From: Trichosphaerium sp. ATCC 40318
Taxonomy: Eukaryota > Protista > Tubulinea
Length of the DNA: 64,000 nucleotides
Direction: 5' to 3'
NCBI GenBank assembly: GCA_038496445.1
Contig: JALMLS010000504.1
Location: 124,001-188,000, forward strand
Shown here: positions 38,830-51,443 of the stretch, one piece after another
How the letters are laid out: each line of letters begins with the position of its first letter
Position numbering within the stretch: position 1 is the first letter of the stretch
Program-made: the position numbers and the translations under genes
The notes under the pieces: generated by a model
What the model was told of the DNA's origin: nothing
Database searches by the model: none
What the model saw: only the letters and a program-made list of their open reading frames with translations

Positions 38830-40906
38830 CTAGCATCTACCAGGTCGGCGTTCTTGACGGCCTAGACGTGATATAGAATATGCGCCAGCCAGCCGAAGTG
38901 CTTCTATACCTTTGTCACTCACTTTTGTTCCTCCCAGGCTAATAGTGTGAACACCTGCTAGGGCATTAACACATTCATCTGTAACACTTGTAAACCTCAG
39001 AGAAATATTGTGGACGCCACCAAGTGCTTTTACACCTTCATCTGTAACTTTAGTGCCCTCTAAATCTATAGTGTGTACACCTGAAAGTGCTTTGACCCCT
39101 TCATCTGTAACTTTAGTTTCCTTAAGATCAATCGTATGAACACCACTCAACGCTTTTATACCTTCATCCGTTATCAGGGAAGAATGGGCAAGTTTAATAG
39201 TATGAACTCCTGCAAGTGCTTTTAATGTTTCATCTGTAACTTTAGTGTACTCCAGATCAATGAAATGAACTCCTGCAAGTGGTTTTGCACCTTCATCAGT
39301 CACTCTTGTACAACGAAGGTGTATTGTGTGAACACCAGCAAGTGCTTTTACACCATCATCTGTAACATTAGTGCCACCGAGATAAATTGTGTGAACACCA
39401 GAAAGAGCTTTGAGACCTTTATCTGTGATATTAGATGCCGTAAGCTCTATTTCGTGCACACCGGCCAGTGATATAACACCCTGTTCTGGAATATCACATG
39501 CTGGAAGGTCTATAGTATGAACACCTGCCAAAGCTTTCATTCCTTCAATTGTAAATTCCTTGTTCATTCCAAATGAGATTGTATGAACGCCCGCAAGCGC
39601 TTTCAAGCCTTCATCTGTTACTGAAATTCGCCTTAACCTAATTGTATGAACCCCTGCAAGTGCTTTGACACCTCTGTCTGTAACCTTGGTTTCATTGAGG
39701 TTAATTGTATGAACACCTGCAAGTGGTATCACACCTTCATCTGTAACTGTAGTTCTTTCCAGGTTAATTGTGTGAACCCCAGCAAGAGCTTTTACACCTT
39801 CATCTGTAAATCGACTACAAAACCTAAGCTTAATCGTATGAACTCCTGCCAGAACCATGAGCATCTCGTCTGTAACCACTCCATACAAATTAATCTTGTG
39901 AACTCCTTTAAGCGCTTTAATACCATCAATAGTACACCTGTAGTTGTCAAAATCTATTGTGTGAACACCAGCAAGCGCTTTCAGACCTTCAGCTGTAACT
40001 TCACTCGCTCTATCAAGGCCAATAGTATGAACACCAGCAAGCGCTTTGATTCCTTCATCTGTTACTCTGGTACTACCAACATTAATAGTGTGAATCCCAG
40101 AGAATACTTTTATTGAACTATCTGTGGCTTTGGTATATCTTAGGTTGATACTATGAGCACCTTTAAGCGCTTTTATACCTTCATCTGTAATTCTTCGCAC
40201 TCCTTGAAGATTGATTGTATGAGCACCTTTAAGCGCTTTTAAACCTAACACGTGATAAGCTTTTCAAAAAACGTGATGTCATCGTTGAATACAAAATTAG
40301 AAAAATGTGATTGGAGATGGTTGTATTAAACTGGTGAGTGTTTTCAGACAGGACAGTCCACGTGTTTAAGTTTGAATGAGTACCTTTGTCTGTTATCAGA
40401 GTTCTCTTTAGGTTGATGGTGTGTACACCTGATAAGAACGATAATGCTTCGTCTGTTACATTGGTATACTTGAGATTGACACTACGAACGCCTTTAAGCA
40501 GTTTGATGCCTTCGCTTGGCACCGATTTGAGTACTTTTACATTGGTGTGTTGTAGAGCGCCCTTGTACTTTGCGAAAGCCTTGGCATCATCTATCGTCTT
40601 CAACGTCGCGCTGTAGTACCCAATAACATCATGAACAACTGTGGCAAGTCTGTGACAACTCTGAGCGGCTGAATAACGTGCTTTGGTAGTAAAACAGAGA
40701 ATGACGCCCAAAATCTCATTAGGTAGTGTAAGGAGGTTTGCGTTAACCTTTGTACGAGAGTCAGACGGTGTGTATTTATCCATTTGGCTAAAATACATGC
40801 ATTAAAAAACAGCGTTTTGTGACTTTATCCAGTTCTCTTACCTCAGTTGGCGTTTATTCTCAGCTCCTTTGTTATCCACCTCGGACTGAGTTCGTTTTGG
40901 ATACAT
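38830..40906 (-). CDS. F-box + ~23 x 22-aa LRR protein, copy 3 (intact)
   Basis: Same exon structure as copy 2 (exon 1 MYPKRTQSEVDNKG from 40906; 139-nt intron 40245-40383); uninterrupted repeat exon to 38830. Confidence 0.9.
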
Positions 40907-41018
40907 GGCAGCACGTTGACTAGTAAATAAAAACACGCGTTTACTATCAGTGTCCAGTCTATGTGGTTGTTACAAACAATTACTAACAGCCCAGTTTCTG
41001 AGTCAGAGAATATTCAGA

Positions 41019-41434
41019 CGCTGATTTCCAGAAGTTCCAGAGTTTCCGGAAAATTTCTGGAACTTCTGGAAAATATTTCCACTTTGTTTCCAGACAGTTC
41101 ACGTAACCAATTTCCGGAAGGTTCATATAACCATTTCCAGCGCAGTTACAAACAAAAAAGTGTTTATTTACAAGCAAATATACAGTGGTTTCGCGTCTTT
41201 CGTGTTGAAGAGAACGTGACAAATCTGCGATAGACATGTCTGCTCACTCCAAAGAGTTCTAGAAGGTAGAAGTGTCTCTTAGCGTTGTTTGCTTTTGTAC
41301 CGCTTTAAGTGTCATTTAAACACACGTGCTTTTGGTCTTTTTATGTTTTGATATCAAAGCAAAAGAGAGCGCTAGGTCCTTCTGAAAGAATTTTCCAGTT
41401 TTTCCAGTTGTTCCAGAAAGTCCGGAAATCAGTG
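41019..41434. mobile_element. ~415-bp non-autonomous DNA-transposon-like insertion
   Basis: Ends cgctgatttcc / ggaaatcagtg (10/11 inverted match) with clustered TTCCAG/CTGGAA subterminal repeats; absent from the paralogous block at ~4010-4030. No clear TSD. Confidence 0.6.
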
Positions 41435-42101
41435 CAGCGATGAAGCGAGGAGGTAAAACGCACGTGCCCCTTTTTTTTATTGTCTTAACATGTGCGACAT
41501 TTCATGCGGCGTTTGAACAAGGTGGACTGCTCCAAAAAAGACAGGCACCAACCGACAGCAAGCAGAAATCACCTACCCGCAACCACCCTTGAAAACTGTT
41601 CAAAAAAAAAAATTCAGTTTTCCTTTATTTGTTTTTAATGCACACGCGATCGTGTTATGTAAATAAACCACACACGCTCGCTCTGCGCCAGAGGTATCGG
41701 CCAGGGACAGTGTGTTCCCTTCCTCCAGATCGTCTTGCAATAGCTTTTGTTGGGATTGAGGATTGGTCTAACTGGAATTAGACAACTTTTTTGGCTCACT
41801 TTTCAAAACAGACCACAATTTTGTAGAATGTAGACTGCGCTTCAGGCAACCCAGTATTAAAGTTCTAGCTTTTTTTTGTTCACTTAGCTAAGCCTCTGTG
41901 ATTCATGCATCAATAAATATCAACAATGTAGGCTTCACAGGTTACCATATGCGCACAATACATCCCTTCAATTATTTTTCTGCATTCGTACAACAATTTG
42001 GAGGTCAACTGTTTTCTCCAGCCTTTTTTTTTGTGGGAAGAAAACTATTGAACACGATATTATTTTAGACTACTTGAACCTGAGCCATACACAACATTCC
42101 T

Positions 42102-42455
42102 ATGACAGAGCCCAAAGCCAGGAAGCCCAAAAGAACCAACAATAAAGCAAATACAAGCAAAAACAGGGCTAATTCATCCCAAGATGCTGAATCTATTGTT
42201 GGAAAGCTTGTATACGTTGTAATACAGACGACTGAAACAACTGCTAATGCGGATGCCAACACGAGCCTTATTGGTGTTTTTAAGGATCGCGAAGCTGCAC
42301 GAGCTGCTGCAAAGCGCTCACTGCTATCTTCATATTTCGAAACTGAAATTCAAGATGGAGGCAGCTGGATGACTGGTGGGGAAGATATCGGGAATGGGGG
42401 TGACCATGGACCAACTTATGACACAGTTACAATTGAAGAAACAGAAATTAGATGA
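42102..42455 (+). CDS. Small hypothetical protein
   Basis: 117-aa ATG-initiated ORF with basic N-terminus and protein-like composition; no recognised family. Confidence 0.5.
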   Translation: MTEPKARKPKRTNNKANTSKNRANSSQDAESIVGKLVYVVIQTTETTANADANTSLIGVFKDREAARAAAKRSLLSSYFETEIQDGGSWMTGGEDIGNGGDHGPTYDTVTIEETEIR

Positions 42456-42699
42456 TAAAAAAGTGTTGGTTGAAGGTTGCATCGCTGTGTATAATGAACC
42501 CAAAGCGCTGATTGAAGATATTGTACATTGTAACCGCTGGTTGACCAAGATAGAATTCAACAACAGTAGCAATAGTAACCAATCTCGAACCTATTTTAAC
42601 ACCTTTAGTTGTATTGATAATGCCAATCTTATAAAAATTATTATGTTAAATATTTCTTTCTATTTTCTGGTTTGTGTGCTAATCAAAGACAAACACAAA

Positions 42700-45362
42700 T
42701 TGTAGCTTACCACAAAATAGTTGTTAGCTTCTGACACAGCTCCCTGCTTTCTTTACAAGTAGTACGCTAAGTAAAGGAGACCTCTTAAATGTGGAATATT
42801 ATCCACCAAATGTAGTTAGTTGTTTAATGGCACAGAAGCCAGTTCGATTTTTGAAGACGTTGAAGAGAGGTTAGTAGCTAATTTTACAAAGTTTTATTAT
42901 TTCAAACATCTGATTGTTTAAAGGCTAGTGTGCTAGAAATATAGTAGCTCAGTAGGAAGCTAGAAATAATAGCGACATCAACAACAGAAAATTTAAAGTA
43001 TGTGAGTACTGGAACAGTCAATAATGATAACATTGTATAAAGACCAGCCATTGGATATAAGAATAGAGCAACGAATGAAAAATTGCCAAAAATACGTGCT
43101 TGGAAAATAAATACAGAGACATACTGAAATAGCAATATAATACCTTAAAAAAAAATCAATGAACGAACAAAAAAGCAATTTTCTTGTTTTTTTCTTTTTT
43201 GGTCTTGTTGCTTACCTACGAGCCATATTCTTGCCAGGAGTACCTTTCCCATATTACCACAATACTTCTTGATCTTTGTTGATCGAGAATCATAGCGTTT
43301 TGAGCCTGATACTTGCATGTCTTTGATGTAATACTTTATGATTGCAAGTTCATAAGTGAAAGCAAAAAACAATGGAACCCAACATCCTATCAACAATAGA
43401 AATCGTCTATAAAATGCACCACGTATTTGCTCTAAGGAACCAAGAAAAACAGAACCAAGTGAGAAGTGCCAAGGCACATTAAAAAAGATGAGTTGAAGCG
43501 CTATCAATAAAATATCAGCAAAAAAATATGATTGAAAACGGCGTACTCGCGAGCCACACCAAGCATGCTCCGAATACTCCCAATGACATGTAAGGAGATG
43601 TTTCGTATTTCCAAGGATCCTTGAGAGCATCCAAGAACCCAAAATTGGCATGTTTTCTGACCATGTAATGAAATGTGACAAAGAACAGTATTGCAAAGAG
43701 AGCCATTCCCTTTTAAAAAAACATAGTGAATATCGACATCAAGAATGCTCCATTATATATTATACGTACAATGAGTTGCATTAAATAGGCCACGGGCACT
43801 GGTATAAAAGCGAATACGAGTCCAAGAACGAAAGATAGACCCCAAATCAGTCCAAGAAGAAGCCACCTAACAATACAATATTTAAGTCGCCTTTAAGGCA
43901 CAAACTGAGTGTTTTGTACCATATATACGACAGCACAGACTGCGTCTTTGTGTCGGATGCAAAGAGGTATTCGTAGGATACTACATCTTTCCTGGTGAGG
44001 ACCAAAGACAGTACACACATTAATGCGGATATCCAGGAGAGTCCACATAACACACTTAAGAATTCCATACCAATCACATTTGGCGTCTCACACATTTCAG
44101 GTGTGACTGTTGCATTGGTGTATAGCATACGTTGCATCCATTTAACAGATTCATCTATGAGTTCAGGATCTGCTACTTCGAACACGTGATCAGATGTTCC
44201 AACAACGAAACGACGTAATGAAAAATCAAAATTATTTCCGTAGTCAGCATTTTCGATTATATCGCTAGCATCCATCCCCATCATATCTGCAAGTTGTACT
44301 TTAGAGTCCTTATAACTTATCAATTCATCGTTTTTTCCAATAGCAACCAGCAAATTTGGTGGTGCTGTTTTGTTTGGATAGAACGTGTTGTTTCCTGTAG
44401 ATGGAGCATAAGTTAATGATCTTGCGTAACTGTAATTAGAACTTACCAGTAGATATAGGTATTGTGTTTGCCCCAACGATTACAGTGGCCAACAAACCCT
44501 CCTGAGGACCAAAATATTCGCCGATACTGCTCAGTGTTTTAGCATAACCAACAGTCGAAATCAAAATATAGGCAAATAGTATTTACGCTTAGTATGCTTA
44601 CCGTAGTACCGCGCCACCGCCCATTGACCACCCCAATACGCCTACATGGGTGGCATCGACGCATGTCAAATTTTGTAAATATCTGAGCGTATTTATCCCT
44701 TTTTGTTAAATCACGTGTCAGTTCCTTTCTTTTTTGTTTCAATATTAGAGTACGTACCACCCTCTCTCAATGATTCTGTATCTAGAATACTAGTACTAGC
44801 ACCATGACCTGCTTGATCAACAGTAACTGTTACAAAACCTGATGGGGTGGATAAAGTCAGCCAAGTTTTGTTGTTGTCTTTGTTTTTTTTTTTCCTTCTT
44901 TAATAACTAAGTACCTGCAGCTGTGAGTTTTCTTGCGTAATGGATCATCCATTCCTTTGATGCCAACAAACCGTGAAATATAGCAACACCTGGTCTAGGG
45001 CATAATGGCGCATTATCAGGGTAACCGACGTATGCGGCTAGCGTTTTGTCACCTGTCAAATGACGTTACGATAAAAGCATGATGAAAAGTCTTATTACAA
45101 TTTCTGCTTTTATTAATAAGCGAAACACATTTTTCTGAGTGAATGGATGGCGTTTGAACCGTTTATATAAAATGACATTTCGAAATACCAAAAAAAAACG
45201 TTATTTAGTCTGTAATTACCTGATTGTATTTGCACTGCGTTAAAAGAGCCACATTTACTCATAAGCGAACTGTATAACAGTGTAAACAGTAATACAGCCG
45301 CGAATGATGTAACTATAGCTAGAATATACCATAAATACCTCCTGGCTAGTCGAACAAGCATG
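42700..45362 (-). CDS. Alpha/beta-fold serine hydrolase with N-terminal anchor and multi-TM C-terminal half
   Basis: AIFHGLLA, TVDQAGHG, nucleophile GVLGWSMGG, GKNDELI, SDHVFE; many hydrophobic segments downstream. 3' end approximate. Confidence 0.75.
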
Positions 45363-45499
45363 GGGAATGCTTCTTTATAATTATAGGCGGTGTCACACTA
45401 ATTGTATTTGGAGATAGACCCACGGGCTTTTTAGAATGCTTTAAGAGTTGTGTAACCAATTTATGAGCGTCAATAAAAGTATTCAAGACATTGTGTCAT

Positions 45500-46891
45500 T
45501 TTCCAAAACAAAAAAAAAATCGATTTCTCGTTTTTTAATGTTACATTCATTTGGAGATGAAAACGGACACCAAGATTACTACTTACAAAACCCTCCCTTT
45601 CCCTTCCATCGTGCGCAACCATTTATGCAGCATTGGGTATAGCTCTTCATATTTCACTCGACTTACTGCCGAGAACTTACTACCTAGTAGTGCTCCATGC
45701 GTTGATCATGGCAGCTAAAACTACAGCCACCCATATTTCAATCATTCTCGCGTGCTTAACCCTCACATTCTGTAATGGCCAAATATTGTTTCAGTACGTC
45801 GGAAAAAGCGATTGTGTAGATACCGAAAGAGCCCTACGACTTAGTTATTGTTTGAACAATTTTGACAGTAATGTCAGCTGCACCTTTGATTAGATCTCTT
45901 ATATCTCAATGCTTGTCGCTTCGTTGTTGCATTACAATACGCAATAGGGTACAATCTATCCACTAGATCTGTCCATACCTTGGTCATGCCACCGCCGCCA
46001 ATCGCAGCTACTTGACTCTGCGACACACGTTGCCAATCTGCTGCTGATTCTATTTTGAGCACATCAGCCATAGAACGCATGAACACCTTGACATTGTCCT
46101 CTTGTTTCCAAAAATGTTTCGGTTTTCTAGGCACTAACGACAAATGTCAGTAAATACATGCACACTCATGTGACATACCCGTAGAGTCAAATTTTGAGCC
46201 TATCCAATCATGATGTGGATACATGGTGCTCAGCATGCGACTGAACGAACCACGATAGTGTCTAAGAGTACATAAGCATGACTTCCAATCTTCTTGGGTA
46301 CCTTAGAAAGCCAAAAGCTCCATCATACTCAAGAACACGTGTCAAGGCTACATTCTCCCAATCTTTAGGCTGTGAGATGTTTAGCCTGGCTTCCAACTAA
46401 TAAAAACATTACAAAAGGGATGGATAGCATGGATAGATCATACAACTGTCAAGAAGTCTCGTCTGTGTTTAGCTGTGCACCAGTACCCACGATGTGCTTG
46501 TTCTAGAAAATGCACATGTTACTCACGTGAGCAATGAAACAGATTCTCTTCACGTACCAAAGCGCCAAGGTACCCAGTTGTGTCGTGGGTAATGGCGTTG
46601 GAGAAACTTTAACAAACTGCCGTACACGCTGTGTAAAAAAATGTCAGTTATGTTTTTTGTCTAATTGGCGTTTACTTCATCAAGCCAATACCACCAAGCG
46701 ATCTGATTTGCGTTGTACGAACTGAGTGCCAATCATCCAGTTGATGCAGCGAAAGTGTCTCACTGACCTACACAGAGTGTCACGCTATAAAATAAAGCGT
46801 TTTTAGGTACGTGAGAAATAAATTTGGCTCTATTAGCGCGTTTGTTCCAGTAACACGGTGGAATCCTTCCTGGCATAATGCGACCGGCCAT
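45500..46891 (-). CDS. ~70-aa repeat protein (P..YW...DW...GG...YP...W), about 3 repeats, possibly with degenerate nuclease tail
   Basis: MPGRIPPCYWNKRANRAKF, AHRGYWCTAKHRRDF, PRKPKHFWKQEDNVKVF...DWQRV...IGGGG; C-terminal region unclear and may be pseudogenised. Confidence 0.6.
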
Positions 46892-46998
46892 TTGAGCGCT
46901 TATTTATACAACAGATTTTAAAGAAAGTCAGAGCTGGTAAAAAAACCGAATTGTGAAGAAAGCTCTGACAGGAGACACTGAACGACAGTGTTGAACTC

Positions 46999-47560
46999 AT
47001 GCCTCCAAAAGTTTACTTTGCTAGAGCGCCACTACGCATCCATCGAAACTATCTCGCGTCAAAGGGCCAAGTTGTATTTCGCACTAAACCAAACCAAAAT
47101 AAGATCGTACGCAATAATTTAGTTATTTATCTCAAAACAGCCCTTTAGCAAATAAAACAGTACCTCGAGAACATATACAACGTAAAGGTGCTGCGTGTGA
47201 ACACAGTAAACTACGATGGCAAAATAAAAACCTTCCAAGACAGAAAAACAGGCAATCGATACACATACAGGCGTCCAGGTTCGTTATTAAGCCAATTAAC
47301 ACATGAATTGGCGCATATACGGTGCTTTCGCTTACATGGCCTTTCTAGCCTACAAAACAGCGTACGTCACGCTTGTAGATGATGAAGCACTTCAAATGGC
47401 GCAAAGAGAGGTGTTAATGCAGAAAAAGCTGGCACAAGAGGCCGCCATTGAAGGTTCCCAACCAAAGTCAAAATTGAGCCAAAAGGATTTACGTGACATG
47501 AATGCTATGCGTTTTCAACAACAACAAAAGGATAAGGAAGAACACGAAGCAAACTCGTAA
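46999..47560 (+). CDS. MRPL23: Mitochondrial ribosomal protein uL23m
   Basis: Spliced: VVFRTKPNQNKI|QIKQYLENIYNVKVLRVNTVNYDGK...RRP|AYKTAYVTL. Confidence 0.8.
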
Positions 47561-47861
47561 AACTTGACAAGCACTCTATCCCAGACGAACACGTTTTTTT
47601 TTTTGAAGCGCTTCACACGCATTATATACACTGTTTACGCTGCTTGAGCGTACCACGTGCCTCGATCAGCGTTTTGTATTTTGCCATTTTGTACTATGTA
47701 ATATTAACAACAAGATGTTAACCCAATCCCTCCTTTTGTAAGTGCCATTGGCCACTGTGAACCTTGTTTGAAAATTGCGGACTTGCTTCACGAAGTTTGT
47801 ACGGAAGAGTTCTTTTAAAATGTATCTCGCCTGTCGTCCCTTATAGGTCCAGAACACTGCT

Positions 47862-50841
47862 ATGGCGGATACGTGGGGAACGCTCAAGTCCTTTGGAGGC
47901 CTTGTAGCTGGTACTCTTCGTAGTGCGAATGACTACGTGGATAAGATGGTGGACGACGCAGATAAGGCCAGAGAAGAACAAACACTGGCAAAAGCACCTA
48001 CAGGCGGTAATAATGGCAAGTACAAGATGTGGTATTTAACTGACGCCCTCAATAGATGCTACAACTAATGGCAATAAACCCAGTGATGTGCAAGAGGGTG
48101 TAAACACGCCCCAAACAAAGGAAAACAATGTAGACGTGACAACAATTCAAGAAACTCCGTCTGAGAGCGTCTCTGATGACGTCGTGGTTACTGAGGCAAA
48201 TGAAAATGTCCAAAATGATGATGGAGCTGTAGAACCACCAAAAACCCAAACAGACGCTCCAAAAGCGATCGAAGAACCACAGCAACAACAGGAACAACCA
48301 AGTGTTGACACGTCTTTACCCCAAAAACCCCAACCTCCTGTCGCGGATGAGAGTGAACTAACACCTCAAGAAAAGCAACTAATGGCAAAGAGTAAACAAA
48401 TGGCTATACTAGCAGAAGAAAAAGCTGCTTTGGAGCAAGCAAATTACAAATTACGTTTGATCATTGAAAATAGCAACAAATCCAACAACAGCAACGAGAT
48501 TGATGCTCTAAAACAAGAGTTTTCACAAAGGCTAGCATCTATGGAAAAGCGCATGAACGCTGCCTTCAAAGGACGTGATACAGCCGTCAGAGAATTAAAA
48601 AAACTTCGAGATAATCCGGACACAAAAAACCTCAAAACAAAGTTTGAGCTACTTCAAAAGGAAGGTCAGGTACGATTAATGATAATTATAAATCCTTGAT
48701 ATTTATAGAACTTTGGAAAATTTGTGTCCTCAAAACACGTGATCATCCGTATTTGGAATAACAAGTTTTATTAAAAGGAATTGTCTCAAAAAGTTGGTCA
48801 GCAAAGGGATACAATTAAGAAGCTTCGTGCACAAAAGAAAGAAGATGATACAGCATTACAAAGGGCTAAAGAAAAGTTGGAACGCGTACAATCTGAGTTT
48901 GCATCAACTTCCGATCGTGCCAAGGCTTTGGCGATCAATGTACACAAATCTAACGAGACTATGAATCAAATGAAGAATCTCAACGCAAATCACATTAAAA
49001 CACTTGAAGAGAGGCAAAAGGAATTTGTAGACCAAACAGAGAAGATAAATCAGCTCCATCAGCTGCTAGACAAGGTACAAATCAAATTGTAACCTCGTCT
49101 TTATATTAATCATCATTTGGTTTAGGCTATGGCTGAGATTAATCAGTACAAGAAGAATGAGCAGCAACTCAAGTTGGATCATGCCAAGGAGTGTGAAGAC
49201 ATGAAAAATAAGTTCAATCAAGAGTATCACTCTTCTTTGCGTGCTCAAGCAACAGAACAAGCTAAGAAGGAACAACACCTGAAACAGACTATAAATACGT
49301 TGCGACAGGATCTCAAAGGAAAGAATAACATCTCTGGGGACAAAGTAGAACAGTACGGTGCACGCATTGAAGACCTGCAGCGTACTGTGGCTACACTCCA
49401 AGAGAAGAATATGCATCTCATCAACAACACCCAGAACAACACAAGACCCTTACTCAGGGAGATTCAAGGTACCCAATTCAAACAATACATGTCACCTTCC
49501 CTCATCTAACCATTTGCTTTAAGAATTGAAGAACCAATTACGAGAGAAACAAGCCCTAATGGAAACAGTTGAAACACAGTTGAGGTAAAGGATAACTAAT
49601 TAGACAGCACCTCTCCAATTGTATGTTTAGGGAACGTATCAAGAATGCTGAAGGTGTTGCACAAGAGGAGAAAATGAAACAAGAGGAATTGAGAACACAT
49701 GCAGAGTACATTGTGCGTATTTACCCTCTTTGAGAAATTGTTCCGTTTTGATTGCTTCTGTAGAGTTCACAAGTCAAGTCTACGACAACAAAGCTCAATC
49801 TTAAGACGAAAGAGACGATTAAATGGATAACAATGCATGAACATCTTTCAGAAAAGTTCAAAGCGCAAACAGCGGAGAAGATTAGACTTGAAACGCTATT
49901 GGAGAACATACAAGTGCGCAATCAAAAGTTGTTTGTTAATGTTGTTGTAACACCCACGAATTAGACACAAGCCCAAACACATGAACAGGAGATACACCAT
50001 GCTAAAGAAGCCAAGGTACGATAAACAAAAAGGGTATGACTGTAGATGTTTAGTGACATTTGTATGTTTTAGAAAAACATTGAACAAAAAATGTCAGCAC
50101 AAAGTGCAGAGTTATCAAGAACAATAGCAAGGCTTGAAGACAATATAAAACAAAAAGATGAGCAAATCACACAATTGCGCATGAAGGGTTCAGTTCGCAA
50201 GATGCCATCTGTAAAGTCTAGTGGAGACCTTCAAGAATCACCACACATGCGCCCCTTGCATCGTGTTGCATCTGATGCCGACTTGCTCCAAGTGCGTTTC
50301 AACTTTCAAATTCATCATCTTATGTTGACATTACTTCAGCTGAATAGCGGTGTTGTAAGCCCTGCAGCATTGGAGAACCTCAGAGACTCGTACTTGCGAA
50401 AGAAAAACGAATTAGTTTCCTTGACAGATAAGTTTAAGGTCCTTTCTGAGAACAAAGGTACAACTCCTTATCCAAACACTATTTTTGAGACTGACAAATA
50501 TCTGAATAGAAAAACTGGAAGGAGAAATAGTCAGTCTTACCCTGCGAACACAACAATTGTGCGTTTAATACCCTCCTTCTTTTTTCCTCCTTGTTAAGTG
50601 TTTGTTGCTGTTTAGAGAAGCTCAGAGTCGTAAAGATAAGGCTGAAAAGGCAGATGTGGATATGCGCTATATGGCCTGTTTGGAGATGATTGGGGAGAAG
50701 ACAGAACAGTTAACTGATGCACAACAAGATCTCAAGGATTGGAAAGAACTTTATAAACAGCAGATACAAGAACTGTTACCCAAATTAACACAACTTGAAG
50801 AAGAGAACGCCAACCTCAAAAAGGCAAATCAACAAGAATAA
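47862..50841 (+). CDS. TMF1: Golgin TMF1/Sgm1-like coiled-coil protein
   Basis: Long coiled coil with LQKEGQELSQK...IKKLRAQ and C-terminal RYMACLEMIGEKTEQLTDAQQDLKDWKELYKQQI. Confidence 0.85.
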
Positions 50842-51443
50842 CTTTTTTTCAAAAACTAATTTTTACCCGGAAAAAAAATTGCCATTGTACATCAGAAAAT
50901 AAAAATAATCAACCAACAAACATGTTGCACACAACAGATATTAGTTCATTTAAACTGTCCCAATTCCGTTCTGGGATTGTTTATTATTTGGCATTCCACC
51001 AAACAGAGTATTTTTACAATTGACATTTTTTCTTTTTTTGTCTACAAAAGCTAATTGTTACCCTACCCACCACTCAAGGTTTTATCGTAATAGCCAAGGC
51101 ATTTAATGCAAAAGCTAGTAGTGCCTTTGATAGTGCAATACAAAAAACAGGTAGTTTTTTGAGCTTGTAGGAAAGTTGTTGGGTTTTTTAACTCATTTGC
51201 AGCCACAACTTGCGAAATAGATGATTATCCTCGTTACAATTGCACTAATCCATTTATGTTAATATCCCTTGACGTTTGTAGTGTCTGTGGCTCGCTTTCT
51301 ATTGATGCAGTCGCTGTTGAACAAAATCGGTAAATGTTGCTGCAGGAGTTAGTGCAACGTTTTGAAACACGTGTTCTTTTAAGATTAGTCCTGATACAAT
51401 GGTCTAACAGCACCGCCCTGTATACTTTAATCAGTCCCTTGTT

